Source of the DNA: a bacterium
GTDB taxonomy: Bacteria > SAR324 > NAC60-12
Assembly: GCA_965205865.1 (NCBI GenBank)
Contig: CBDBHR010000028.1
Location: 1 to 64,000 of the forward strand
Direction: 5' to 3'
DNA length: 64,000 bases
Numbering within the stretch: position 1 is the first letter of the stretch; each line of letters starts with the position of its first letter. Below, in pieces: positions 11,201-21,563 of this stretch. A model generated the notes under the pieces. The model was not told where the DNA came from and ran no database searches. It saw only the letters and a program-made list of their open reading frames with translations. The translations under genes were made by a program, and so were the position numbers.

Positions 11201-11820
11201 AAGGTTTCACGGTTCAGGACGTGGAAAAACTCAAAGAAAAGTGGGTCCAAGACGCCCATCGTAATCAGTGGATTGTACCTCAGGGGAAAATCGGTCTTTT
11301 TCCTTGTCAAGCAGAAGGCGATGAGGTGATTGTATATGATCCTGCTAACTTGGAAAAAGAAATTGCCGCCATCGATTTCACGGTTGTAGTGGGAAAAGGG
11401 AACCGGGATATCTTTTCAGCCGCTCAATTTTTTCTTCCTCGTTCCAGTGGCAAAATGGATGTCATTGCTTTGCAAATTTCAACAGGTGGACAAGAAAGCC
11501 CGCAAGCAGTTGAAAAATTCAAGGAAGACGGGGACAGCGAATCGTCACTCTTTCTGCAAGGGCTTTCAGACCGGGTCGCGGAAGATATGGCATCCTACCT
11601 GCACGATTGCCTACGTCACAAAACAGAGACCAACCCTCTCGTTGGTACCCGTTACAGCCCCGCCTATCCGGGATTGCGGAACGTGTTTATCAACAAAGTA
11701 ATCTATGATTTATTACGCGCCGAAGAATTGGGGATTTCACTGACTGATGCTCATGAGTTTTTTCCCACCAGTACGACCGCTGCAGTGGTCTGTTTTAATC
11801 CCCATGCTTCTTATGGTTAA
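8215..11820 (+). CDS. metH: cobalamin-dependent methionine synthase
   Basis: LDGAMGT, GINC and GGCCG (Zn ligands), IGERLN pterin domain, DVHSIG and GLSALL (B12 motif), RYSPAYP activation domain. Confidence 0.96.
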   Translation: MQFLDALKSQVIVLDGAMGTMIQNLGLHDADFGGSAFRMLTDLLNFSQPDAVKNIHLDYFRAGANAVETNTFGSSPLRLGDFDFKKIDTSAFQRIPYDLDLVKLSFEELAYYSSLIGAQIARMALEEHQDSEEYDSRPLFVLGSIGPSNWVLSSTTANLNKGNWDQVEANFYHQIRGLLAGGVDALLFETQQDILEVKAAVAGGLRAMAEKGIRLPIMVQVTVDEFCKMQIFNTDIHAALTTVQDIGIDVFGINCSIGPDLMIPTVEKISRYCKLPISVVPNAGLPVSENGQTVYKVGPQSIAEQLRMFVEKHGVNLIGGCCGTTPEHIRAIADAVDGKQPANRIIEQGDYVSGAQNAILVDGTENLIRIGERLNVRGSQKVREAVENENQAINYDVLEEVVNEQVKELGVSIVDICMDSNLVDTVETLPRVIQHLTTDFSGVFCLDSFDVAALTEAIKVYPGRPIINSISMEEYQTGLSKVDALVPLTKFHHPLYICLATGPKGPGLTVEDKCDLAQQIVESCAKHGVTPDQLLVDINAFPIGAESVEGANFAVESLNAIPRIKSIHPDLRTTIGVGNLTNGLAKKPYMRVVLTSVFLDEARRKGLDAAIVNPNHYVPVESLDAPDYQLGLKIILERDMEAFETLEEIAQAKRGKIKARRSNYKDLPLITAVSEKIKDGFKERIPGKLEVEGMTFDYQDKIVLQVREIIQDIAPLDLINDYLMVAMQDLGDGFGRGEVSLPHLLKSADVMKQVMSFLETYMKKKAGVDIKEGISSQGTIVLGTVYQDVHSIGKDLAKTLFENYGYRVIDLGVQVPLEKYLTTAQAEKADAIGLSALLVQTSNHMITVVKMMKDADMTIPVLIGGAPVSKRHAGYVAMAGQEDLDEIKEDVFYCQSGMDGVNVMKLLQSENRETFTQRNAEELKKYYLRAKQQNEKLESLLATLPRRKVPFEDYQAPAVTYCLESIYLPLPELSLDTKTLYALNWKLGRKSAWEKKGFTVQDVEKLKEKWVQDAHRNQWIVPQGKIGLFPCQAEGDEVIVYDPANLEKEIAAIDFTVVVGKGNRDIFSAAQFFLPRSSGKMDVIALQISTGGQESPQAVEKFKEDGDSESSLFLQGLSDRVAEDMASYLHDCLRHKTETNPLVGTRYSPAYPGLRNVFINKVIYDLLRAEELGISLTDAHEFFPTSTTAAVVCFNPHASYG

Positions 11821-12317
11821 ACCAATCACATCAAACGGGAACCCAAATGCGTCTGACAGTACCTGTACATTGGGAAATGGGGTAGATTCCGCTACAATTT
11901 CCTTTTCTCCGGATTTCTCATAGAAAACTGGACATTTTACTGTCCGTTCGTCATATTTTCATGCTGCAACAATCTAGTTGGGTGTGATTTTCTCTGTATT
12001 TTTTAGAATAATTAATAATTTCAATGATTTGTAATCCAGAAACCGATCTTGAATCAATAAACTGCATGGCGTGGAATGCCACTGGATTCCCAGTCGAGCC
12101 AGAAATAAAAAAAACAGAAAGTCGCAGGCTACTATTTTGCTATTGAAAATTGTTCAATGGATTGTATTTTAAACGTCTTGACAATAGATTATAGTAAGAG
12201 ATTCGCATAGTGTTATCTAACACCGTCCCGCTGATGGCAACTAAGCCAAATCCTCAAATAGCCAATTGATACTTTTGTTGGGTCACTATTTTTTTAAAAA
12301 ACTTGATAAGGACTTTC

Positions 12318-13976
12318 ATGAAACGCACATCCATCCGTTGGAGCATTGTTTTTAGCACCCTTTTTGTTGTATTTGGCATTACTCTCCCAGTCCATGCTGC
12401 AGAAACAAACCAGATTACCGCATCCGCCAGTGTCGGATTTCCCATTCTGACCATCATTATTTTTTCTCCCTTGCTCGGCGCCTTGTTTGCTGTTCTCTTA
12501 CGCAATGGATATGGAGGGCTATCTGCCGATGTAGCCACCTTTCTCAGCAGTCTATTGACCCTGGGATTCTGTGGCTACTTGACACTCGAATTCAATCCCT
12601 CCTTTTACGGATTCCAGTTTGTTGAAAAAATCCCCTGGATTGAGCGTTTCGGGATTCACTATTACCTGGGCATCGATGGATTCAGCCTGGGATTGGTTTT
12701 AGCGGCAGTCTTTCTGTTGCCTCCCGCCTTGGTGGCGACTTGGTACACCAAGGAGAGGAGTTGGCCGTTCCAGGTTCAGATCATGTTTCTGCAAGTGGGA
12801 ATTCTGGGTTCTTTCCTGGCTCTGGATGCGGTGCTATTTTACACGTTTTTTGAAATCATGCTGGTTCCCCTGTATTTTATGATTGGGATCTGGGGAGGAA
12901 GCAACCGCATTTACGCCACCACCAAGTTTTTTATTTATACCGTTTTTGGCTCTCTGCTCTTGCTGGCTTCCCTGATTTATACCGGAATTCTCTACCAGGA
13001 GACCTTCGGACAGTGGTCTTTCAGTATTCCGGACTGGTACCGGCTATCCGTACCGGCCTCTGCGCAAACGTGGTTGTTCATCGGGTTCTGTTTGGCTTTT
13101 GCAATCAAAGCGCCGTTGTTTCCTTTTCACACTTGGCTTCCGGACGCCCACTATGAAGCTCCAACGCTTGGTTCCGTTGAACTGGCAGGGTTACTCCTCA
13201 AGCTGGGGCCTTATGGCATCATCCGCTTTGTGATTCCCATGTTTCCGGAAGCAGCAGACCTTTACGTGCCCATCATCATTATTTTTGGTTTGGTGGGAAT
13301 CATTTACGGAGGATTAGTCGCCATGGTACAGCCTCAGTTAAAAAAACTGATTGCCTACTCTTCTGTGGCGCACATGGGTTATATTATCCTTGGGATATTC
13401 GTCTTCAACATCCAGGGGATGGCGGGAGGATTGATTCAAATGATCAACCATGCTCTGGTAACCGGCGCCTTGTTTTTATGTGTGGGAATGCTTTATGGAC
13501 GGACCCACACTCAGGAAATCAAGGAATATGGCGGCGTCGTCCATACCATGCCAGTTTTTTCCGCGTTCTTCCTCTTTTTTTCATTAGCCTCCATTGGATT
13601 GCCAGGATTGAATGGATTTGTAGGGGAATTAATGGTCATGCTGGGAGCCGCCCGTCTTAATATATACTACGCGATTGTTGCGGCGCTTGGAGTGGTCATT
13701 GCCGCAATTTATATGCTGTGGATGTACCAGCGCGTCATTTTTGGTCCCATCAAAAACGATGTCATTGCCAACCTCAAGGACTTGACACCACGTGAAATCC
13801 TCCTGCTATTGCCGTTGGCCACTGCCACAGTCGCCCTTGGGGTCTATCCTCAGCCTTTTTTTGACCGGGTTAACACCACCTTAGAAGGATATGTCCAACA
13901 ATTCAAAGCCGATGAATTCAGCGATAAACACAAATTGGATCTGGCATCCTATCAATCTTCATCACAACTGGAGTGA
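12318..13976 (+). CDS. nuoM: NADH-quinone oxidoreductase subunit M-like proton-pumping membrane protein (stand-alone)
   Basis: LFYTFFE, KAPLFPFHTWLPDAH, LLKLGPYG, KKLIAYSSVAHMG, GLPGLNGFVGE; AAGGA RBS before ATG 12318. Confidence 0.92.
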   Translation: MKRTSIRWSIVFSTLFVVFGITLPVHAAETNQITASASVGFPILTIIIFSPLLGALFAVLLRNGYGGLSADVATFLSSLLTLGFCGYLTLEFNPSFYGFQFVEKIPWIERFGIHYYLGIDGFSLGLVLAAVFLLPPALVATWYTKERSWPFQVQIMFLQVGILGSFLALDAVLFYTFFEIMLVPLYFMIGIWGGSNRIYATTKFFIYTVFGSLLLLASLIYTGILYQETFGQWSFSIPDWYRLSVPASAQTWLFIGFCLAFAIKAPLFPFHTWLPDAHYEAPTLGSVELAGLLLKLGPYGIIRFVIPMFPEAADLYVPIIIIFGLVGIIYGGLVAMVQPQLKKLIAYSSVAHMGYIILGIFVFNIQGMAGGLIQMINHALVTGALFLCVGMLYGRTHTQEIKEYGGVVHTMPVFSAFFLFFSLASIGLPGLNGFVGELMVMLGAARLNIYYAIVAALGVVIAAIYMLWMYQRVIFGPIKNDVIANLKDLTPREILLLLPLATATVALGVYPQPFFDRVNTTLEGYVQQFKADEFSDKHKLDLASYQSSSQLE

Positions 13977-14108
13977 AAACGCTTGTATTAATTTCCGCGA
14001 GATAAATATGGAACATCATTCGAAAGGAATTATACAACCTGCCCGACTGAAGTCCGAAAGGAACCAAGTGGCCGCAATTCTTACAATTTCCATTCTGTAC
14101 TCGGGTTT

Positions 14109-14432
14109 ATGAAACAAGGGCCTTATATTTTTATTGATCCGGATGAACAATCAATTGATATGATTGATGTGGAAGACCTGGATGTCGATGCTCTGTGCGA
14201 TTTATTGAGGTGTGATGCTACCGATGCGATTGATCTCCCATATAGCTTGATGGGTTATGTAGATGGAGAAGGAGCCTGGCAGGGGCGGCAAACTGTATGG
14301 GAATTGAACAATGAAACTTTTTGGGGACCAATGCTTGTTTTCAAAGGATTCGATGAAATCGGCCTGCCCAGTCCCTGTGAAGAAGATGATCTGGAAAAAA
14401 TCGACCCGTTGATCCATTTTTGGGACAACTGA
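14109..14432 (+). CDS. small acidic hypothetical protein (DUF3846-like by eye)
   Basis: 107-aa ORF filling the gap before convergent tyrS; YVDGEG...FWGPMLV pattern. Confidence 0.6.
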   Translation: MKQGPYIFIDPDEQSIDMIDVEDLDVDALCDLLRCDATDAIDLPYSLMGYVDGEGAWQGRQTVWELNNETFWGPMLVFKGFDEIGLPSPCEEDDLEKIDPLIHFWDN

Positions 14433-14460
14433 GTTCAAGACGAGTTTTATAAAATAAGCA

Positions 14461-15684
14461 TCATTGAAAGACAAGACGATGATAGCGTTTTTTCCCAGCC
14501 CTCAGTAATACGCTTCCTGCAGCCAAATGCCCAATATTTAGCTGAAATCCTTCATCATCAATGCGCGTTTCATTGACGTAAATCCCTCCCTGGCGCAGCA
14601 ATCGTCGTGCTTCACTTTTTGATTTGCAGAGTCCTGCCTCATGAAAAGCCTTGAACAAATCCATCCCCACTTTCAGGTCTTCGACAGAGAAGATGCTGGA
14701 GGGGACACCCTCCAGGTTTTTAGATCGACCTCCAAAAAGGGCTTCTGCCGCTTTTTGAGCCTTCAGCGCCTGTATTTTTCCATGCAATAAAGCAGTTACT
14801 TCATAAGCCAGTCTCATTTTTGCCTGCCGAACATCAGCCCCCTTTAAACGACTCAGGGATTCAATTTCTTCCATTGGCAAAAAAGTAAAAATTGCCAGGC
14901 ATTTCCGCACATCCGCGTCTTCAATGTTGATCCAGTATTGGTAATAGTCATACGGAGACGTTTTTTCTGCACTGAGCCAAACTGCGCCTTTTTCAGTTTT
15001 CCCCATCTTATTGCCAGAAGAGATCGTCAAAAGTGGGTAGGTGAGGGCATAGGTTTCAGTCTTCGCCACACGTCGGATCAAATCGCATCCGGAGAGGATG
15101 TTGGCCCATTGATCGTCTCCCCCCAACTGTAATAAGCAACCATACCGCCGAAAGAGTTCCAGAAAATCAAAAGCTTGCAATGGCTGGTAATTGAATTCCA
15201 GAAAAGTCAATCCTTTCTCCAGGCGCATTTTATAAGTCTCAAAGGAAAGCATACGACTGATTGAAAAAAACCGGCCTATGTCACGAAGAAAATCAATATA
15301 ATTGAGCGTGCGCAACCAATCGGCATTGTTCACCACTGAGGCTCCTTCTTCAAAATTCAAAAATCTGGAAAGCTGGGAGCGAATTCCGGTTATATTGGAT
15401 TCAATCTCGTCTTGGGAGAGAATTTTCCGCATCTCCGTTTTGCCAGTGGGATCGCCAATCAGTGCAGTTCCTCCTCCGATGAGGGCGATGACCCGGTGTC
15501 CGGCATTTTGCAGATGAGCCAGTCCCATTATTGGAATCAGATGCCCCACATGGAAGGAGTCTGCCGTGGGATCGAAACCGACATAGCAACAAATCGGCCC
15601 TTCTTTTAAACGTTTTTCCAGGGAATTTTCATGGTTGCATTGTTGGAAAAAACCACGTTGCTTAAAAGTTTGTAGGATGTTCAT
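14461..15684 (-). CDS. tyrS: tyrosine--tRNA ligase
   Basis: YVGFDPTADSFHVGH, QLGGDDQW, KMGKT and C-terminal S4 domain. Confidence 0.97.
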   Translation of the reverse strand: MNILQTFKQRGFFQQCNHENSLEKRLKEGPICCYVGFDPTADSFHVGHLIPIMGLAHLQNAGHRVIALIGGGTALIGDPTGKTEMRKILSQDEIESNITGIRSQLSRFLNFEEGASVVNNADWLRTLNYIDFLRDIGRFFSISRMLSFETYKMRLEKGLTFLEFNYQPLQAFDFLELFRRYGCLLQLGGDDQWANILSGCDLIRRVAKTETYALTYPLLTISSGNKMGKTEKGAVWLSAEKTSPYDYYQYWINIEDADVRKCLAIFTFLPMEEIESLSRLKGADVRQAKMRLAYEVTALLHGKIQALKAQKAAEALFGGRSKNLEGVPSSIFSVEDLKVGMDLFKAFHEAGLCKSKSEARRLLRQGGIYVNETRIDDEGFQLNIGHLAAGSVLLRAGKKRYHRLVFQ

Positions 15685-15734
15685 GGTGTCAATTCAATTC
15701 AAAAAGATTGGAGTCATCGGATTGATTTTAAATA

Positions 15735-17552
15735 TCATTGAGAAGATTTTTGTAGTTCCTCCAAAACGGCATTGCTGATGATAGCATCTGCCAGTGGGCG
15801 GGTCAAATCTCCGAGAATATCCATTTGTTCCTTGAGGGCTTGGGCATCCTGACTCCTTGAGTAATCCTTCACCACCTTCATTTGTTGACGAATCGCCGCT
15901 TGCTGGGGCGGGGTTAATATTTTCTCAACATTCTCCCATACCTTTTCAATCCCGGAAAAAACCGATTCCATTGTATTTCGAAATTCGATCAGTTGTCTTT
16001 CATTGAAATCGTCAATAACGTTGGCGATAGAATCTTCCATGATTTGATCAATTTCATACTGCGTTAGTCCGTGAAAAGGGATCACTTCAATAGCAGCATG
16101 CTGCCCACTGCGTTTCTCAAGCGCTGAAACCGTTAAAATGCCGTTAGCATCCACATGCAGGGTCACCGCCACCAGGGGCAGCCCCGCCTGCATTGCCGGA
16201 ATACCGCGCAACTTGAATTGCCCCAGACTGCGGCAATCCTTGACCAATTCCCGTTCTCCTTGATACAAATTTATTTCAATGGATGTTTGGTAGTCCACAT
16301 GGGTGGTAAAGATCTCGGTTGATTCGGTGGGGATGGTCGTATTTTGCGTAATGATTTTACTAAAGGTTCCCCCCAAAGTTTCGATTCCCAATGAGAGAGG
16401 AATAACATCCAAAAGTACAAAATCCCTTCTGCCGCCTGCCAGTAAATGCCCCTGTATTGCAGCCCCCATGGCAACCACTTTGTAAGGATCAATAGCAACA
16501 TGAGGTGGACGATTGAAAAAAATCTCCACACCCTTCCGCACGGCAGGAATACGAGTGGACCCTCCCACGAGCACGACTTCATCAATGGCCGCAACTCCCA
16601 GTCCACTATCATCCAACGCTTGCTGACAGCTCTTCAAAGTCTCTGCGAATGTTCCTGCAATCAAAGATTCAAATGCCGCTCTTGTAAAAATCCCTTGAAA
16701 GGCAATCAATTTTTCAGGAATCTGGATTTGGTAATTGGATTCCAATGCGGAGCTCAATTGTATTTTCAGTGTTTCTGCAGTTTGCTTGAAGATTTGCTGG
16801 GCGAGGGCATCGTTCAGATCTGCCTGAGGATATTCCACTCGTAAGATCGCTCTCAATTTGCCACTCAAGGCGTAATCAAAATCGTCGCCACCCAGGTGCG
16901 TGTTGCCACATGTGGCCAGCACTTTGAACACTTTACCCGAAAGTTTCAGTATCGAAATGTCAAAAGTCCCGCCTCCCAAATCATAGACGGCAATGTGTCC
17001 TTCTTTCTTTTCATCCAGACCGTAGGCAATAGCTGCCGCAGTGGGCTCATTGATAATTCTTACAACCTCCAAACCTGCAATCCTTCCGGCGTCTCGAGTA
17101 GCCTGCCTTTGAGCATCATCAAAATAGGCAGGCACTGTAATTACAACTTTTTTAACCACAAAACCCAGGCATTGCTCCGCGTCTTCTTTCACTTTTTTTA
17201 AAATTTCAGCTGACAGTTCCTGAGGCGTATATTCTTGTTCTCCAAGCCGAATTTTGACCAATTTACGCTGGGCTCCTACAATCGCATAGGGCAGGTTTTT
17301 CTGTTCCTCCGCCAACTCGGAAAGATCCCGTCCCATCAGCCGTTTTACTGAATAGACAGTGCGACTCGGAGTTGAAATGCGATGAGGAAGCGCCTCTTTT
17401 CCCACAAGCCATCCTTCATCGATTTTGGCAAGGACCGAAGGCACAATCGGATCTTCTCCAACCCGACCTATCACTTCGGGTCCTTCTTCAAAAACCATGG
17501 CTGCCAAGCTGTTGGTAGTTCCCAAATCAATCCCAATAATGGGCTCTGTCAT
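15735..17552 (-). CDS. hscA: Fe-S assembly Hsp70 chaperone
   Basis: [31 protein letters not shown]; located in the isc operon. Confidence 0.93.
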   Translation of the reverse strand: MTEPIIGIDLGTTNSLAAMVFEEGPEVIGRVGEDPIVPSVLAKIDEGWLVGKEALPHRISTPSRTVYSVKRLMGRDLSELAEEQKNLPYAIVGAQRKLVKIRLGEQEYTPQELSAEILKKVKEDAEQCLGFVVKKVVITVPAYFDDAQRQATRDAGRIAGLEVVRIINEPTAAAIAYGLDEKKEGHIAVYDLGGGTFDISILKLSGKVFKVLATCGNTHLGGDDFDYALSGKLRAILRVEYPQADLNDALAQQIFKQTAETLKIQLSSALESNYQIQIPEKLIAFQGIFTRAAFESLIAGTFAETLKSCQQALDDSGLGVAAIDEVVLVGGSTRIPAVRKGVEIFFNRPPHVAIDPYKVVAMGAAIQGHLLAGGRRDFVLLDVIPLSLGIETLGGTFSKIITQNTTIPTESTEIFTTHVDYQTSIEINLYQGERELVKDCRSLGQFKLRGIPAMQAGLPLVAVTLHVDANGILTVSALEKRSGQHAAIEVIPFHGLTQYEIDQIMEDSIANVIDDFNERQLIEFRNTMESVFSGIEKVWENVEKILTPPQQAAIRQQMKVVKDYSRSQDAQALKEQMDILGDLTRPLADAIISNAVLEELQKSSQ

Positions 17553-18187
17553 GACGGTCTCCTGGCGATACGATCAAGCATGCGTTGGAAATAACGTCCT
17601 ACATTGAGCTTCTGTTGAACCCCAGGCAATATTTCTTCCCGCTTAGCAGAAGCAGTTTCCAATTGAGCGAAGTATGCTGATATCTGCTGCCGCAGTTGAT
17701 CCAGATTTTGCTCGATCTTGATTCGAAATTTTTCTACTTGTGAGGAATGAGGATCCTTTGCCAGCAATTCTTCCAATGATTCCTGCAACTCAAAAATTTT
17801 TTCCAAAAATCCCTCCGGCAGTTTCCGCTGGTCTAAATGTTGGTCATTGGCTAGCAACTTTAATAAATATTCGGCACGGGTAATGGGGGACTGTAGCGTA
17901 GTAAAGGCTTGGTTCAGCAAAGTTGATGATTCCTGGCTTTGTTTTTTCTCGAAGGAAGAGGCGCTGATATAAAAATCAGGATGCAACTCCATGCTCAGCT
18001 TTTGATAGCGTTTTTCCAACTGCTCCACATTCAAATCGTAACTGTAAGGCAGGTTGAATATTTCAAAATAATTGGGTCTGCTGTTGAGGCGTTGGATGGA
18101 GTTACAGGCAAAACAAAAAAGGGGTGTCGCCATTGTGGTTTGACACCCCATGCAAACAGCCTGTACGGATGATTCTCGGGAATACAT
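17549..18187 (-). CDS. hscB: Fe-S co-chaperone with N-terminal CxxC..CxxC
   Basis: [15 protein letters not shown]-domain, [14 protein letters not shown]. Confidence 0.93.
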   Translation of the reverse strand: MYSRESSVQAVCMGCQTTMATPLFCFACNSIQRLNSRPNYFEIFNLPYSYDLNVEQLEKRYQKLSMELHPDFYISASSFEKKQSQESSTLLNQAFTTLQSPITRAEYLLKLLANDQHLDQRKLPEGFLEKIFELQESLEELLAKDPHSSQVEKFRIKIEQNLDQLRQQISAYFAQLETASAKREEILPGVQQKLNVGRYFQRMLDRIARRPS

Positions 18188-18252
18188 TCGTAGATTGAGA
18201 TGACTACTATGATGATCTGAAGATGCTCCTGATTTTTTCAGATATAAAGTTA

Positions 18253-18383
18253 TATACTCAACAAGGCTACAATTGTAGGATGCATCAAGTGCAGCGGATG
18301 CGCCAACAACCCCGGAACCCCAGGGCTTTACTGCGCTTGAGCCACCCTATGCAAAAACGCAATTTGTAGCTGTGCGCAGTATA
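18253..18383. repeat. MITE-like element: TATACT...AGTATA inverted ends around a degenerate inverted GTAG-type REP pair
   Basis: TATACTcaacaagGCTACAA versus TTGTAGCtgtgcgcAGTATA; inside, GTAGGATGCATCAAGTGCAG versus CTGCGCTTGAGCCACCCTAT. Confidence 0.6.
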
Positions 18384-18480
18384 GACTATGTACTTATCCA
18401 TAGAGTTTGCGTTTCACCCACAGAGGAGAAGGAGAAACGGCTTTTCTAACAATTCAATTTTCTGCAGCTAATAATTGTTA

Positions 18481-18879
18481 TCATTTAACTGCAGCCGCTT
18501 CATGGTCTTCACGCTTCTGGTAGTTCTTGATCGCGGAACGAATCGCATCTTCTGCTAAAACCGAGCAGTGGATTTTCACTGGAGGCAATGACAATTCTTC
18601 CACAATGTCGGTATTTTTAATGGTCAATGCCTCATCAATGGTTCTTCCCTTGATCCATTCCGTCGCCAAACTGGAACTTGCAATGGCAGACCCACAGCCA
18701 AAGGTTTTAAATTTCGCATCCACGATACGATCCTCTTCGACCTTGATCTGGAGCTTCATCACGTCTCCACATTCTGGGGCTCCCACTAATCCCGTTCCGA
18801 TATTTTCTTCCTCTTTTGAGAAGCTCCCCACATTGCGAGGGGCTTTGTAGTGGTCAACTACTTTATCACTGTATGCCAT
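18481..18879 (-). CDS. iscU: Fe-S scaffold protein
   Basis: GAPECGDVM, KTFGCGSAIA, LPPVKIHCS. Confidence 0.97.
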   Translation of the reverse strand: MAYSDKVVDHYKAPRNVGSFSKEEENIGTGLVGAPECGDVMKLQIKVEEDRIVDAKFKTFGCGSAIASSSLATEWIKGRTIDEALTIKNTDIVEELSLPPVKIHCSVLAEDAIRSAIKNYQKREDHEAAAVK

Positions 18880-18978
18880 TTTGTCCCTTTCTTAAATTTA
18901 ACCAAATTTTTGATACAGGAATGAGGGCTGTTTTCTCCGCCTAGAATCCTGCATCGTTTTTTACATAAATTCCCAGTA

Positions 18979-20193
18979 TCAATGAGAAGTCCAATTTACC
19001 GTAGAGAGATCGGTTCCCTCGCAGACCATTTCATACAAAGGTGACATTTCCCGCAATCGACTTACCGTCGCAATCACTTGTTCTGCAGTATAATCGATTT
19101 CTTCGACGGAAGTAAAGCGTCCCAATCCGAAGCGAATCGAACTATGCGCTAATTCGTCTCCAACTCCCAATGCCCTGAGGACATAGGAAGGTTCCAGACT
19201 GGCAGAGGTGCAGGCAGATCCGGAAGAGACGGCAATGTCGTTGATTCCCATAATCAAGGACTCACCTTCCACATATGCAAAACTGAGATTCAAATTCCCG
19301 GGAAGTCGTCGTGTAGGATGGCCATTTAAGAACACATAATCGAGTTTATCCGTCAAACTTTTATAAAGCCGTTCTCGCAAACTGATCAAGCGCTCACCTT
19401 CCGAATCCATCTCTGCTCGGCAAATTTCAATGGCTTTCGCAAAACCGACAATGCCTGAGACATTGAGGGTCCCGGAACGCATTCCACGTTCGTGCCCACC
19501 CCCATGAATTATTGGAGAGAGACGCACCCTGGGTTTCTTTCTGCGGGCATACAAGGCACCAATTCCTTTCGGGCCATAAATTTTATGCGCAGTCATGGAA
19601 AGCAAATCGATATTCATCTCATCGACATCGATTGGAATTTTTCCGATACCTTGAGTAGCATCACAATGGAACAAAATCCCTTTCGAACGAGTTATCGCGC
19701 CGATTTTCTTGAGAGACTGCACTGTACCGATTTCGTTGTTGGCCGCCATGATACTCACTAAAATTGTTCTATCCGTGATCAAGTCCTCCAATTGTTGCAA
19801 ATCAATCTCACCATATTTATCGACATCCAGGTAAGTCACTTCATAACCTTTTTGTTCTAAATAATGGCAAGTGTCCAGAATTGCTTTGTGCTCGGTGGGA
19901 ACTGTGATGAGATGATTGCCTTTTCCTCTATAAAATTCAGCAACCCCCTGCAAAGCCAAGTTGTCCGATTCAGTCGCGCCACTGGTGAATACGATTTCTT
20001 TACCACTTGCTCCAATTATCGATGCGATTTGATCTCGGGCCATCCCCACCACTTCTTCTGCTTGCCAACCAAAAACATGGTTGCGACTTGCAGCATTCCC
20101 AAAGGTTTCGGTGAAATATGGCAGCATGGCTTGCAAAACACGCTCGTCCATCGGTGTGGTAGCATGATAATCAAGATAAATAGGCAGTTTCAT
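18979..20193 (-). CDS. iscS: cysteine desulfurase
   Basis: [28 protein letters not shown]. Confidence 0.97.
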   Translation of the reverse strand: MKLPIYLDYHATTPMDERVLQAMLPYFTETFGNAASRNHVFGWQAEEVVGMARDQIASIIGASGKEIVFTSGATESDNLALQGVAEFYRGKGNHLITVPTEHKAILDTCHYLEQKGYEVTYLDVDKYGEIDLQQLEDLITDRTILVSIMAANNEIGTVQSLKKIGAITRSKGILFHCDATQGIGKIPIDVDEMNIDLLSMTAHKIYGPKGIGALYARRKKPRVRLSPIIHGGGHERGMRSGTLNVSGIVGFAKAIEICRAEMDSEGERLISLRERLYKSLTDKLDYVFLNGHPTRRLPGNLNLSFAYVEGESLIMGINDIAVSSGSACTSASLEPSYVLRALGVGDELAHSSIRFGLGRFTSVEEIDYTAEQVIATVSRLREMSPLYEMVCEGTDLSTVNWTSH

Positions 20194-20626
20194 TGACGGT
20201 TCTCCTATCGTAATCGAATTGTGGGTGGTGGATCACCTGATCGAGTGTCAGGGATTCCATAAATGTCTCAATCTGTTTATGTAAGGCAATCAAAGGATCC
20301 TGGGTAGGGCACCATGGGATGATTTTACAGCCACACTCATCACTGTCATGGGCACATTCCACCAAATTGAAAGGATTGTCAGTGACTTGAACAATCTCTG
20401 CAATGGAAAGACTTTCCGGTTCCCGTATCAACAAATACCCCCCCTGCTGCCCTCGCTTGGACTCTATGATTTTCGACGAAGCGAGCTGTTTAAGAATGTT
20501 AGCCACCATCGGTTGTGGCAAGTGATATTTACTTGCCAATTCCTGAGCGCTCACCGGATGATTGCTGACAGCCAAATGACTCAACAAAATTATTGCATAA
20601 TCGGTCTTTTTGGATAGTTTTAACAA
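20171..20626 (-). CDS. iscR: Rrf2-family Fe-S assembly regulator (IscR-like)
   Basis: [20 protein letters not shown], cysteine cluster [20 protein letters not shown] start at 20626 inferred. Confidence 0.85.
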   Translation of the reverse strand: MLKLSKKTDYAIILLSHLAVSNHPVSAQELASKYHLPQPMVANILKQLASSKIIESKRGQQGGYLLIREPESLSIAEIVQVTDNPFNLVECAHDSDECGCKIIPWCPTQDPLIALHKQIETFMESLTLDQVIHHPQFDYDRRTVNETAYLS

Positions 20627-20711
20627 AGGACCTTTTTGCTGAAAATGAATTCCCCGTATAAGACCAAAATCTTTAATGCGATCTTTATTCTCAATGATCA
20701 TTTTATATAAA

Positions 20712-20733
20712 TAGCACCTAATTAGTACTAATT
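20712..20733. promoter_or_regulatory. candidate Rrf2/IscR operator
   Basis: TAGCAC-N7-GTACTA dyad overlapping a perfect palindrome AATTAGTACTAATT, upstream of iscR. Confidence 0.5.
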
Positions 20734-20791
20734 CAATCTAAAATACAAAAAAGTCTCTTTTTTTATGAATGAACAGCAAATAAGAAAAAAC

Positions 20792-20820
20792 TTGCATTCC
20801 TTTCTATTATACTGTATAAG
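20792..20820 (+). promoter_or_regulatory. sigma70 promoter of the tRNA pair
   Basis: TTGCAT-N17-TATAAG, 30 nt before tRNA-Val. Confidence 0.55.
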
Positions 20821-20849
20821 AAGGGTTTGTCTATTTCTCTTCTTGGGTA

Positions 20850-20925
20850 GGGCGCTTAGCTCAGCTGGGAGAGCGGCGGCCTTACAAGCCGTAGGTCACA
20901 AGTTCGATCCTTGTAGCGCCCACCA
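20850..20925 (+). tRNA. tRNA-Val(TAC)
   Basis: GGGCGCT/AGCGCCC acceptor stem, CT-TAC-AA loop, TTCGA T-loop, encoded CCA. Confidence 0.96.
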
Positions 20926-20935
20926 TTTCGAGTAC

Positions 20936-21012
<77 letters not shown>

Positions 21013-21173
21013 CAGCGTTAAAAGGAGTTCCATCCGATTTTTCATTCTTTCATGCCAAGTTAAAAAAAGTGTTTCTCCTCCTACACTTCATTCAATTGAA
21101 GTGAAAATAGATGAAAAATCCGAATTCAGTTATCGAATAACATTAAACACAACCTAAAATATAAGGATAAGCA

Positions 21174-21368
21174 ATGAAAGAAGGAATCGTCAAATGGTTT
21201 AACACGCAAAAAGGCTATGGCTTCATTCAACAGGAAAATGACCAAGATCTATTCGTGCATCATTCCGAGGTACGCGGTGGTTATTTGGCAGAAGGTGAAA
21301 GAGTGACCTTCGAAGTTGGAGAAGGACGAAAGGGCCCATGTGCCGTCAATGTTCAATTGGCGAAATGA
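21174..21368 (+). CDS. cold-shock protein (CspA family)
   Basis: VKWFNTQKGYGFI and DLFVHHS (RNP1/RNP2). Confidence 0.95.
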   Translation: MKEGIVKWFNTQKGYGFIQQENDQDLFVHHSEVRGGYLAEGERVTFEVGEGRKGPCAVNVQLAK

Positions 21369-21382
21369 AAAAATCTGCAAAA

Positions 21383-21415
21383 TTTTAAAGCAGACCAATC
21401 TGGTCTGCTTTAAAA
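21383..21415. terminator. stem-loop after csp (probable terminator)
   Basis: TTTTAAAGCAGACCA-atc-TGGTCTGCTTTAAAA, a perfect 15-bp stem. Confidence 0.65.
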
Positions 21416-21563
21416 CTCCCGCAATTCTAAGGTCTGCATAGTAGGAAAATCAAAAATTTGCAGAAGACCCTACCCTTTGAAATAGATGTATCAGAGCAAT
21501 GGACGAGAGGATTTTTTGATTTTTTGGCAGATTTCTTAGAGGAGGCTCTGTCGGAGCGGGTTG

